From: Mycoplasmoides genitalium G37
GTDB lineage: Bacteria > Bacillota_I > Bacilli_A > Mycoplasmatales > Mycoplasmoidaceae
Direction of reading: 5' to 3'
Length of the DNA: 32,000 nucleotides
Assembly: GCF_000027325.1 (NCBI RefSeq)
Contig: NC_000908.2
Location: forward strand, 120,001-152,000
Position 1 is the stretch's first letter. Each line of letters opens with the position of its first letter. Positions 1 through 10,295 of the stretch are shown here, piece after piece. A program made the position numbers and the translations under genes. The notes beneath the pieces were generated by a model. That model worked only from the letters and a program-made list of their open reading frames with translations, had not been told where the DNA came from and did not search any database.

Positions 1-187
1 ATTTATCCATAGAACTAATGATGATAAAAAAGAACAGGAAGAGGAGAACACAAACTTGTTTGAAGTGGAGCTTATCTTAGAAAAGAACAGAAATGGTCCC
101 AATGGCAAAGTTAAACTAAACTTTCGCAGTGACACTTCTTCTTTTATTAGTCAATATTCCCCTAGTTTTGATGACCAATACAGTTAA
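1..187 (+). CDS. dnaB: Replicative DNA helicase DnaB, C-terminal end (5' part lies outside the window)
   Basis: Frame 2 is open from the window edge to TAA at 185-187. The translated tail ...NLFEVELILEKNRNGPNGKVKLNFRSDTSSFISQY... matches the conserved C-terminal RecA-like end of DnaB helicases (K-N/Q-R-N-G-P-x-G ... F). Confidence 0.85.
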   Translation, partial: FIHRTNDDKKEQEEENTNLFEVELILEKNRNGPNGKVKLNFRSDTSSFISQYSPSFDDQYS

Positions 188-190
188 TTT

Positions 191-1387
191 ATGAAACTGA
201 AGTTTTACAAACTACCTTTAATTACTACAGCATTTAGTTTTGTATTTTTAACTGCTTGTTCAACACCCCAATCTTCCTTTTTTCTCCCTGCACAAACAAC
301 TATTAGTACTTTAAAAATTAATGGTATGGAAAACAAAACAGGTTATTTTCTTGAAACGCAGCGTTCTCGTGGTAGTTACAATCCCACCGCTTCACTTACT
401 ATGATTAAGTTAGGAGATGAAAAAGAGTTTAAAAACGTAGATACAACCAAGCAAGATGAAGTTTTGTTTGCCAACATTTATGGTGGAATCTCTTCATTGC
501 TTAACTTCAGAATTATCCAACCGATGTTAACCTACTGAAACTTAGTTAACAACTCATTAAGTCAGATTGGTAGTACTAATGACTTAATTACATTCAAAGA
601 TAGTGGATATAAAGATCAACTTGCAAAAGCGCTTGCTAACAATCTCATAGTTGCTGATGAAGGTAATAATAACTTTTGGTTTGGTTTAAAAGCCCTAAAG
701 TTTGATACGGTTAAACTCCAAGCTAATAATACTGCTACTAGTTCAACAAGAGCTTCAACTACTCAAAATACTAATAATAAGATTGATGCACGTGAAAAAA
801 TCACCATTAATGGGAATGGTGGAACAAATAATGATCAAAATGCTACTGTTCAAAAGTTGATAGGTATTGAAAATATTGAAGTTGAGTTTAGCTTTGTTAA
901 AACTGGTTTTAATGGAAATGAGATTAAGTTTGAAGATTATGTAACAGATTCTTCCCCCACAACATCTTTATTAAAGCAAGTTTGAAAAAGTAAGTGAAAT
1001 ACCGAGTTGACCCACACCAGCTTTAAATTCAAACTCAATTCTTTCAATGTTTTGTTAACTTATCAATTGGAAGCAAACCAAAAAAGCCAATATCTTCCCA
1101 ATGGCTTTAGCTTTCTTTTTCCATCTAATTTAGAAGGAAAGATAGATAGTTCAAAAAGCTATTGAAACAATCTTGTTGATTTTTCAAAAAGAACCACAAA
1201 TGAAGAGAACACAATGCTACTAACTGATTTGCAAAAGAAACAAGATCAAGTGAATCGGTTTGTTGGTTTTATTGGTCAAAACCACTTTACTTTAAGTGCT
1301 AACAGCATTAATGAAAAGCAGTTTAACGATGCTAGTACTGCTGATTTTTTTAAAGCAATCTTTCAAAAAGTGAGTATCAATGAATAA
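191..1387 (+). CDS. Putative lipoprotein, function unknown (398 aa)
   Basis: Starts at ATG 191. Track ORF 191..538 ends at a TGA, and the same frame stays open through TGA 536, 983, 995 and about 1162 to TAA 1385-1387. The N-terminus MKLKFYKLPLITTAFSFVFLTAC|S has a basic n-region, a hydrophobic core and a lipobox-like LTAC. An N/T/S-rich linker follows. Confidence 0.8.
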
Positions 1388-1570
1388 CAATTTTAGCCAT
1401 TCAGTTTTGAAAAGAAAAGTTTAAATTAATGGTAAAATTATTCATTAAACTTTCCTTGTTAGTTGTAGTTTTCAATACTGTTTGTATTTCGAAGTTCATT
1501 TTAAAAAATTCGTAGTTCTAGATCTTTAAAATATGTTTATTTAATTGTCTTTTTTAATTTCATAAATTGT

Positions 1571-3523
1571 TTGAAAACACAAAAAAATATCTTTAAGGTC
1601 AAGGCCTTACTACTTTCACTTTTTTCTGCTGCTGTTACCATCACTATTTTTGCTTTACCTATCTTTGCAAACAATGGTTCTAAAACTGATTTAGGTTTGC
1701 TTTCTAAAAATAGTGCTGATTTTTTAGGTAGTTCAAAAAGAAGTCTTGCTGGCTTTGATACTCCTTTTAGTCCAGATAACCTCCAGTATTTAGAAAAAGA
1801 AACTGATTATGATCAGAACTTTAAAAGTTTTACTGAAAAGTTTAAAGATGAAAAAATAACTAACAACCAACTTGGTATTGTTGATATCTATAACTTATTC
1901 AGTGGTTTTCACAAGAGTGTCAAAAGCACAGTTGACTTAATGAACCAACTGCAAAAGCAAGTTGAAGCTGCTAATGCTATCTTCCCAGTTGATGATGCTT
2001 TTGTTAAATTACCTAAAGTACCTACTGAATTATTTAAGTTAGTTGATGATAATGTCTTTCCTAAGTTAAATCCTAAGGGCTTAAATATCTCTGATAATAT
2101 TGCTGCACTTTTTGAAAGATATAACCTTAAATCGATTGAACTTAAGAACTTTGACTTAGCTTTCTTGAGAAAAGCTGATGTAATTATCAAAGACAAGGTT
2201 CGATATAACTTTGAGATGCAAATGCAGTTTCAAACTGTTTATGTTGGTGGAGGGAATACCGTTATTAACTTAGACTTTACTTTAAAAGCCCAAACCGTTA
2301 ACTTTGCTAACCTCCAAGATTTACAAAACACTTTTGTTAAAGTTGGTAATGATCTTTCCACCCAACTCTTTTGGATTCCAACTGTTAATAAATTAACTGA
2401 TAATGCAGGTAATGATCTTACCCATATTGCTAAAACTGTGATTGGTGAATCGTTTTTCCAAACCAATGTTAACTTAGCTAAATCAGTTATTGAATATGAT
2501 AAGGTTCAACCATTGGTTAAACAAGCTTTTGAAGAGCGAGTTTTAACTCCTTTCAAAAAGGAAAGAGAAGCTGCTAAAAAAGCTTATGAAGAAGAACAAC
2601 GTCGCTTGGAAGAGGAACGTAAGCGTCAACTAGAAGAGCTAAGGAGAAGAGAAGCTGAGGAGAAAAGAAAAGCTGAAGAAGCAAAACGAAATCAAGAAAA
2701 AGCACGCAGAGAAAGAGAAGCTTATGAAAAATCATTTAACTCCTTTAAAGACTTTAAATTTTACTGGTTAACTAAAGGTAAAGATGTTACTAAAAAAGCT
2801 GATTTAATTGATGCACTTAAAACCGCTATTGCTACACCAGCATACAGAAATAGAACATTCTCTTTATTAATCAAAGGTTTTGCTAGTGGAGTTGAACGTT
2901 ATTTCAACGCTAACAAGAATGATAAAGAGTTGAAAAAACTTGCATTTGGTGAAAAAGGGATCCAATTCCCTAGAGCAGATGCTGGGGTAAATGGTCTTTA
3001 CATGAGTAATTTTTTGAGGCATGAATTGACAAGCAAAGCAAAATTTTCACTTAACCTAAAAGATATAAAAGTTGAAAATACGGTTGAAGATACTCAATTG
3101 TATTGGAAGGATAATGGCATTCATTTAAAGCAAGCCAATCCTTATAAATTCAATCTAAATATCAAGATCAAGTACAACGGCTGGTATAATGTCCACTGGT
3201 GAAACTGGCTCCCTGCTAAAATTTTAGGGATTCCTACAGACTGAAGTGGTGAGATGAATTTAACATTTGTTGTCAACGGTGACCTATCAGAAATTGTTGA
3301 TAAACATGATTACCCTGGTACTTTCTTTCAATTTACCGATAAAAATGAATTGCTATTTACCTTAGCAGTTAGAGAACAAATTAAGGTTGATAATAATCAT
3401 TTTATGGGTCTGTTAAAAAGCCAAAACCTTCATAATCTTCAGCTTGCTTCTGGTGCTACAAAACCTCCTGTTGTTGATTTAGCTAGTTATTTCCACTTTG
3501 TATTATTGACTGAAAAATCTTAA
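1571..3523 (+). CDS. Secreted or membrane-anchored protein of unknown function with a central ER/K-rich helix (650 aa)
   Basis: TTG 1571 is the first start after the upstream stop. Track ORFs 1571..3202 and 3254..3523 share a frame and are joined through TGA 3200-3202 and TGA 3242-3244; the stop is TAA 3521-3523. There is an N-terminal hydrophobic segment (ALLLSLFSAAVTITIFALPIFA) but no lipobox Cys. Confidence 0.8.
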
Positions 3524-3585
3524 TCTATTAAGAAATTTTTGATCAGTTACTTTTACCTAGATAAATTTAAAGTTTATTTGTGGTA

Positions 3586-4317
3586 ATGGATGATCTATTC
3601 CAAAGAATGGTTAGCTGTGTTCTACCGTCATGAAGAGCTTTTATTGATGAGGAAGTTAAAAAACCTTATTTTCAAGCTTTATTAGAAAAATTAAAGGCTT
3701 TAAAAGCAACAATAATTCCAAAACCAGAACTTATTTTCCGTGTTTTTAGCTTCTTTAAGCCAATTGATACAAAGGTAATTATCTTTGGTCAAGATCCCTA
3801 TCCTAGTCCTAATGATGCTTGTGGACTTGCTTTTGCATCCAATAATTCCAAAACCCCTGCCAGCTTAAAAAGAATAATTTTACGTTTAGAAAAAGAATAT
3901 CCTTCGCTTAAACAAGAAAGTAGTTGACAACAAAACTTCCTATTGAATTGAGCAGAACAGGGCGTTTTATTACTAAATGGAATTTTAACAACTACTGTAT
4001 TTATACGCAACGCCCATAAAAATTGGGGTTGGGAGGAGTTTAACTGTAATTTGCTAACTTTTCTAAAAAATCAAAACATTAAACCGCTGTTGGTATTTCT
4101 GGGTGTTCAAACTAAAAACTTTGTTGTTAAGAGTATTGGTAATGTTGATGGATTTGAGCATTTATCATATCCCCATCCCTCACCACTAAGTGGTAATTTG
4201 TTTCTAACAAACCCTAACGATCTGTTTAAAACAATTAACAATTGGTTGAAACAACATAACCAAAAAATAATTAACTGAGCAGTTGTTAAAAATGCTAGTT
4301 TTGACCAATTAAGTTAA
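3586..4317 (+). CDS. ung: Uracil-DNA glycosylase (family 1 UDG)
   Basis: Runs from ATG 3586 (in-frame GTG 3580 is also possible) to TAA 4315-4317 with four in-frame TGA codons. Motifs seen are VIIFGQDPYP (GQDPY), NWAEQGVLLLN (the W is TGA 3949-3951, at the conserved Trp of the W-A-x-QGVLLLN motif) and HPSPLS. Track ORF 4051..4278 is its C-terminal piece. Confidence 0.93.
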
Positions 4318-4416
4318 TTAAAAACAAAGCTGTAGTTGACACTTGTTTATTGATTAGAAAAACAACAACCTTGTAAAATTATTTAACTAAGTGATTATTA
4401 CTTAATTGCACTTTAG

Positions 4417-5850
4417 ATGGGAGAGATTAAAAATACTGCACCAACAAGCGATATTTCCACTTCAGGATTTATCTATTTTGCAGTTGTTTTTCTAATCATT
4501 ATAGTCTATCTTTTTTTTAAAAACATTCTCTTTTTGTTCTTCTTTAAAAGATATCCTAAAAACACACCTAAAATTGGGGTTAGCAATATTACTACTATTG
4601 CTATGATTATTGCTGTTGCTGTATCTGTTGTTTTGGTCTTAATGGCTTTAGCAGGGGGGTTAACAGCAGCGCTGTTCCGTGGTTATCCTGGGTTCCGTGT
4701 TACCTTAGAGTTAATTCTAGTGAAGATTTCAGGACTTTTATTTGGTCCTATAATTGGTATTTTTTCAGCAGCTACCATTGACTTTTTAACTGTTATTTTT
4801 TCAGGTGGGGTGTTTAATATTGGTTATGTTTTAGGAGCAATCCTAACGGGAATGATTGCTGGAATTTTACGTGAAGTTTTAATTTCAACTTCTTTTTTAA
4901 ATAACAAAACTTTAAGTGATTTTGCCTATCTTGTTTTATCAGTGGGGATGGTATTTGCCAGTTTTTTAGTAACCCAGTTTTTTGTTATCTCAGTTACCCA
5001 AAACTTATCAGCATTTCAAAGTAATGATCAAATTGTTTTACGTTTTAACGCCTCACCTTTAAATTTCAGTATCTCATTGCAAAGATATGTTCAAATTATT
5101 TTCTATTTTGCGATGGTTGTAATCATCACAATGGTAGTACTTTACTTTGTTTGAATAATCAAGCAAAAGCACTTTAACTATGCTTATTCCAAGTTTTTCT
5201 TTCGTAGATATAAACATGCTAATCACCAATTTACCTTATTTGTGTTAACAAAAGAAAACTGGTTTTATCTAATTCTGAATGTAATTACATTAGCAACCAC
5301 CAGTTTGCTAATGATTAACATTGCATTTATTCCTATCTTTGATACCCAAACAACTGGACAAACTTATGATTTTTGATTATTAGTTAGATTATTGTTTGCT
5401 CCTTTGATCTTCTTACTTGATATTATTGTTATCTATCCAATCTTGTTATTGTTAACCCCAATCATGTTAAAAGGGTTTAAAACAGTAGCATCAGAAACCC
5501 AAACAAAAGGAATCAAAAAGAGTTTTTCAGATATGCAAAGCTTAATTATGCCCAATGTTATTAGTCACAAAAAACAGCAGTTAATTAGAAAAGAGATGCA
5601 ACAGTTAGCAAAAACAATCAGAATTGATTTATCAGACAAAGAAGTGGATGCACTTGTTGAAGAGTTTAAAGAGATCACAAAGAGTTTTAATAAGGTAACT
5701 AAAATTGATACCACTAATGTTCAACCGATGTACGCTCCATTTGAATTTAGTCCAACCCCACTAAGAAAAGATAAACCAGTAGTTGATAAACACGCTAAGC
5801 AACTACTTAATAACTGTTGTGAAGTTAAAACAGGTTTTGTAAAGGTATAG
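4417..5850 (+). CDS. gatC: Polytopic membrane domain fused to Glu/Asp-tRNA amidotransferase subunit C (GatC) domain (477 aa)
   Basis: Track ORFs 4417..5154 and 5392..5850 share a frame and are joined through TGA 5152 and TGA about 5377. Residues 1 to about 370 contain many hydrophobic helices. The last 90 or so aa (...[47 protein letters not shown]...LRKDKP...) look like GatC. gatA starts 2 nt after the stop. Confidence 0.85.
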
Positions 5851-5852
5851 TT

Positions 5853-7286
5853 GTGCGATCAAATATTTTAAGTCTCAGGGCGATACTTGATAAAAAACCT
5901 AGTGCCATTAACGATGTTTTAACATCAATTAATGCAAAGATAGAACTGAATAAATCAAGTAATTTTTTATTGAAAAATACTGTTGAAATTTATTCAAAAA
6001 AAATTAATAAAAGTGATGAAAAGATTCTGCTAAATAACATCCCTTATGTTTTGAAAGATAACATCGCTACTAAAGATATTGTCACCACTGGTGGTTCTTT
6101 GTTTTTAAAAAACTATCTTCCCCCTTTTTCAGCAACTGTGTTTGAACTGTTAGAAATGAATGGCGCGTTGCTTGTTGGTAAAGCTAATATGGATGAATTT
6201 GGCTTAGGTGGAACAGGTAGTTATTCTGCTTTTGGTGTTGTTCATCACCCTGAAAATTCCAGTTTAATTGCAGGTGGTTCTTCCTCAGGTTCAGCTTACG
6301 CAGTTGCTAAAGACATTGTTCCTTTTTCCATTGCAACTGACACTGGTGATTCGATTAGAAGACCTGCTAGTATCTGTAATGTTGTTGGCTTTAAACCAAC
6401 TTATGGTTTGATATCACGTAATGGGGTATTTCCATATGCCCCAAGTATGGACCATGTGGGGATATTTGCTAAGTTTGTTAGTGATATTGCCATTGTTAGT
6501 GATGTTGTTATTAAACATGATAAAACTGATTTTTCTTCCCAAAAATCACCTGATGAAAACCAGTTTTTCAATGAGTTGGCCATTCCCTTTACAAGATCAA
6601 TTCGCTTCGGTTATTTAAAACCACTAGAAAAACTGTTTAACAAACACCTCCAAAAAAAATGAAATAATCTCAAAAAAACCTTAGAACAAAAAAACTACCA
6701 GTTGATTCCACTTGATTTTGATGTGGAACTTCTCAAAGTAATTGATTCTATTTACAAAATAATTAGTTATAGCGAAGCAGTTAGTTGTTATAGTAATTTA
6801 ACTGGCATTGTCTTTGGTCAAAAGGTGTTTGAACCTAATTCACCAAGTAATTTTGATCAAACTATTACCAGAAACAGAGATCAGTTTTTAGGTAAACAAC
6901 TAAAAAGAAGATTTGTAATAGGGGCATTTGCAACTGATGAGAAGAATTTTGAAAAGTACTTTGAAAAAGCTCAGAAAATAAGAAGAGTCTTAGTGGATAA
7001 CTTTCTGAATCTCTTTAGTGATGTTGATTTTGTATTATCACCAAGCGCTTCTTGTTTTGCTAGTACCATTGAAGATATTCAAGCTAATAAGCCATATACA
7101 AACATTATTGATGACTTTTTACAATTAGCTAATTTTGCTGGTAGCCCTTCTATAACTATCCCTTGGTTAGTTCAAACAAAAGACCAAACAATTGGTTTAA
7201 GTATTAGTGCTAACTGTTTTGAAGATAAAAAACTCTTACAAATTGCTTATTGATTTGAACAACTTTTTGATTTAAACCATGATTAA
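5853..7286 (+). CDS. gatA: Glu/Asp-tRNA amidotransferase subunit A
   Basis: Starts at GTG 5853. Track ORFs 5853..6662 and 6702..7253 are joined via TGA 6660, and the frame continues through TGA 7251 to TAA 7284-7286 (477 aa). It carries the amidase signature KANMDEFGLGG ... GGSSSGSAYAV ... TDTGDSIRRPAS. Confidence 0.95.
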
Positions 7287-8712
7287 TTTTGAAGCGATTA
7301 TTGGAATTGAAGTCCATGTAGTTTTAAATACTGCTAGCAAGATGTTTTCAAAAGCACCTAACCGCGTTGATAATCAAAAAATCAATCATTTTATTGACCC
7401 AATAGATTTAGGTTTACCAGGCACTTTGCCTCAAGTTAATGAGTTAGCAGTTTACAAGGCATTATTATTAGCTGATGCATTAAAAATGAAGACAGTAACA
7501 AATAAACTTGTTTTTGATCGAAAGCACTATTTTTATCAGGACTTACCTAAGGGTTTTCAAATCACCCAACAAAATTATCCTTTTGCTAAAAATGGTGTAG
7601 TTACCATTAATGTTGATGCTATTGAAAAACCAATTTATATTGACCGGTTTCATTTGGAGGAAGATACTGCCAAACAACACTTTAACCATGACCAAATTCT
7701 GCTTGATTTTAATAGGTGTGGTGCACCTTTAATTGAAGTTGTTACTCTTCCTGTTATCAACACTGCAAAAGAAGCGAAAGCCTACCTACAGAAGTTGAGA
7801 CAAATTCTGATTGTTAACAATATCTCCAATGCCAAATTGGAAGATGGTTCAATGCGGAGCGATTGCAATGTTTCAGTACGTTTAAAAGGTCAAAGGCAAC
7901 TAGGAACTAAAATTGAAATTAAAAACATCAACTCACTTAATAATGTTGAAAAAGCGATTGATCTTGAGATTAACCGCCAAGTTAAAGCACTTATTAATGG
8001 TGAAACCTTGAGTCAAGCAACTTTAAGCTTTGATGATAAAACCAACAACAATGTTTTTATGAGAAAAAAAGACAATACGATTGACTATAGGTACTTTATT
8101 GAACCTAACATCATGACTAGTAATATTGATGATTTATTATTAGAAAAACCTGTTGCTTTTCAGTTAGAACAGTTTCAAAAAGAACTAATTGATAGTAATG
8201 TCAATCCTCAATTAGTCCAATTAGTAGTTGATGATGCAACTATCTTTAGTGCTTTTCAAACTATTAATAGTGTGATTAAAAACCCCCAAGAAACCATCAG
8301 GTGGTTATGTATTGAACTAATAGGTCAACTCAATAAAACCAACAGTTCATTAACAGCTAATTTAATTCAAGATCTAATTACCCTAATTGAAATGCTAAAA
8401 GCAGCAAAGGTTAACCAAAAACAAGCTAAGCAGTTAATTACTTTAATGATTGAAACTAAAAAAGATCCAAAATCGCTAGCTAAGCTCCATAATTTAGAGC
8501 AAATTACTGATCCAAAAGAGTTACAAAAGATCATTAAAAAAATCTTTCAGGAAAATGAAAAAGAGATCCTGAAAAACATTGATAGAATTGAACGGATTCA
8601 AAAGTTAATTATTGGTCAAGTTATGCATAAGACCAATAATCGAGCAAACCCCCAACAAGTTTTTATAATTGTTGAAAATATGCTTCATGAAGTTCGGGAA
8701 AGAGATAGCTAA
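7279..8712 (+). CDS. gatB: Glu/Asp-tRNA amidotransferase subunit B
   Basis: This is an uninterrupted 477-aa ORF. GatB motifs seen are IGIEVHV, RFHLEEDTAK and GSMRSDCNVSVR, followed by a helical YqeY-like C-terminal tail. Its ATG overlaps the gatA end by 8 nt. Confidence 0.96.
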   Translation: MINFEAIIGIEVHVVLNTASKMFSKAPNRVDNQKINHFIDPIDLGLPGTLPQVNELAVYKALLLADALKMKTVTNKLVFDRKHYFYQDLPKGFQITQQNYPFAKNGVVTINVDAIEKPIYIDRFHLEEDTAKQHFNHDQILLDFNRCGAPLIEVVTLPVINTAKEAKAYLQKLRQILIVNNISNAKLEDGSMRSDCNVSVRLKGQRQLGTKIEIKNINSLNNVEKAIDLEINRQVKALINGETLSQATLSFDDKTNNNVFMRKKDNTIDYRYFIEPNIMTSNIDDLLLEKPVAFQLEQFQKELIDSNVNPQLVQLVVDDATIFSAFQTINSVIKNPQETIRWLCIELIGQLNKTNSSLTANLIQDLITLIEMLKAAKVNQKQAKQLITLMIETKKDPKSLAKLHNLEQITDPKELQKIIKKIFQENEKEILKNIDRIERIQKLIIGQVMHKTNNRANPQQVFIIVENMLHEVRERDS

Positions 8713-9355
8713 AAAAAATCAAATTATTTATCGCTATATAATCCTTAAAATTCAAAGCTTTGAATGACCTGCTAACACCCGTATCTTCTCAGAACGCCAA
8801 CTAGAAATCCGTTTCAACTCCTCACGGAGTCAAATTCGCTCTGTTCTCGCTACGCTTTTAAACAAAAATATAATCCGCTACACTAAAAATACCCCTGGTT
8901 ATTTTGTGTGTAAAGATGTAGGCTTTAGTTTTTTTCATAAAACCCAGGATAATCTGAAGGTGAAATATGCTAAACTTTCAACTTTGATTAAAAAGCTGTT
9001 ATCACAGGATGATGCTAGTGTTTTTGCCAATATTGACAGTACTGTGCACCTTGATAAATTTAAGGGAATTGAAGCTAAGTTTTTTGATGAGAATAAAAAA
9101 CACTTTTTAAACGTTTGTTTTTTTGCTAAAGATGATATTTTAAACATCCTTGATGAAAACAACCTCCAGCAACAGTTCTTCAGGGAGTTTGCTTACAATG
9201 GGATTGCTATTGAAAAACGTCATTGTGTTACCTCTGTTGACAAGGAAAGTGGGTGCTTGGTGATGTATGACATGTATTATGATGACAATGATAATTTTGT
9301 AGTTGCTAGCAAAAGTAACTTCCTTAACCCTGAATTGAAAGTAATCAATGCTTAA
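8687..9355 (+). CDS. GntR-family winged-helix transcriptional regulator with an uncharacterised C-terminal domain
   Basis: The track shows only 8906..9355, but the same frame is open upstream through TGA 8762-8764 back to ATG 8687 (TTG 8669/8672 are also possible). The N-terminus ...IIYRYIILKIQSFEWPANTRIFSERQLEIRFNSSRSQIRSVLATLLNKNIIRYTKNTPGYFV matches the GntR HTH pattern (ErqLa...vSR.tvr.al..L...g.i....g.G.fV). Confidence 0.82.
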
Positions 9356-10295
9356 AGTGAATGCTGATTTTTTAACTAAAGATCAAGTTATCTATGATTT
9401 AGTGATAGTAGGTGCTGGCCCTGCTGGGATTGCTAGTGCCATTTATGGTAAACGTGCTAACTTAAATTTAGCAATTATTGAAGGAAACACTCCAGGAGGG
9501 AAGATAGTAAAAACTAACATTGTGGAAAACTATCCTGGTTTTAAAACCATAACTGGTCCTGAATTAGGTCTTGAGATGTACAACCACTTGTTAGCATTTG
9601 AACCAGTTGTTTTTTATAACAACTTAATCAAAATTGATCATCTTAACGATACATTCATCTTGTATTTAGATAACAAAACGACAGTTTTTAGCAAAACTGT
9701 TATCTATGCAACAGGGATGGAAGAGAGAAAACTTGGCATTGAAAAGGAAGATTATTTTTATGGTAAAGGGATTAGTTATTGTGCTATTTGTGATGCGGCT
9801 CTTTACAAAGGTAAAACAGTTGGTGTTGTAGGAGGAGGTAATTCTGCAATACAGGAAGCAATTTATCTTTCAAGTATTGCTAAAACAGTTCACCTTATTC
9901 ACAGACGTGAAGTGTTTAGAAGTGATGCATTACTAGTTGAAAAATTAAAAAAAATTAGTAATGTAGTTTTTCATTTAAATGCTACTGTAAAACAGTTAAT
10001 AGGTCAAGAAAAGCTCCAAACTGTTAAATTGGCAAGCACAGTTGATAAATCAGAAAGTGAAATTGCAATTGATTGTCTCTTTCCTTACATAGGCTTTGAA
10101 AGTAATAACAAGCCAGTTTTAGATCTTAAGCTTAATTTAGATCAAAATGGTTTTATTTTAGGAGATGAAAATATGCAAACTAACATTAAGGGTTTTTATG
10201 TTGCTGGGGATTGTAGAAGTAAATCATTCCGGCAAATTGCCACTGCAATTAGTGATGGGGTAACAGCTGTTTTAAAGGTTAGGGATGACATTTAG
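9348..10295 (+). CDS. trxB: Thioredoxin-disulfide reductase
   Basis: This is an uninterrupted 315-aa ORF. It has the FAD motif VIVGAGPAG, the redox-active CAICDA, the NADPH motif GGGNSA...HRR, and a C-terminal GDC....RQ. Confidence 0.96.
   Translation: MLKVNADFLTKDQVIYDLVIVGAGPAGIASAIYGKRANLNLAIIEGNTPGGKIVKTNIVENYPGFKTITGPELGLEMYNHLLAFEPVVFYNNLIKIDHLNDTFILYLDNKTTVFSKTVIYATGMEERKLGIEKEDYFYGKGISYCAICDAALYKGKTVGVVGGGNSAIQEAIYLSSIAKTVHLIHRREVFRSDALLVEKLKKISNVVFHLNATVKQLIGQEKLQTVKLASTVDKSESEIAIDCLFPYIGFESNNKPVLDLKLNLDQNGFILGDENMQTNIKGFYVAGDCRSKSFRQIATAISDGVTAVLKVRDDI

Noticed and set aside
1416-1453. A rho-independent terminator hairpin might follow the first lipoprotein gene (AAAGTTTAA ... TTAAACTTT).
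   Set aside because: The 9-bp stem is entirely A/T plus a single G:C pair, with a 20-nt loop and a poor T-tract (TTTCCTTGTT). That is too weak to call, although it may still pause transcription.
1388-1570. This gap might hold a tRNA or small RNA gene, since it is the largest gap in the window.
   Set aside because: I could not build an acceptor stem or a GTTCGAATC-type T-loop cloverleaf. The sequence is simple AT-rich spacer, and the TTCGAAG at about 1488 has no tRNA context.
1909-2466. Antisense ORFs 1909..2196(-) and 2239..2466(-) lie inside the 650-aa surface-protein gene. ORFs 3798..4010(-) and 8935..9162(-) are similar cases.
   Set aside because: They are embedded opposite long CDS that are homology-supported or continuous. 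Their products are low-complexity with no motifs. Such shadow ORFs are expected opposite AT-rich coding sequence.
4336-4341. A perfect TTGACA upstream of the gatC-fusion gene could be a -35 box.
   Set aside because: No -10-like hexamer lies at 16-19 nt spacing; the sequence there is AAAACA. The nearest TAAAAT (4374-4379) is 32 nt away, so the TTGACA is probably fortuitous.
6401-6618. Overlapping ORFs 6401..6583(-) and 6421..6618(+) lie inside gatA. ORFs 16016..16204(-), 16821..17021(-), 18893..19078(+), 20435..20671(-), 20714..20935(-) and 23570..23755(+) are similar cases.
   Set aside because: Each lies in an alternative frame of a gene with clear enzyme motifs in the main frame. None has a recognisable domain or an independent start context.
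8711-8718. Homopolymer runs of 8 nt (A8 at 8711-8718, T8 at 14312-14319, A8 at 20371-20378, T8 at 4511-4518) could be phase-variation switches.
   Set aside because: They are short, lie in core housekeeping genes (gatB/GntR junction, def, asnS, gatC fusion), and are expected at this base composition. There is no sign of contingency-locus organisation.
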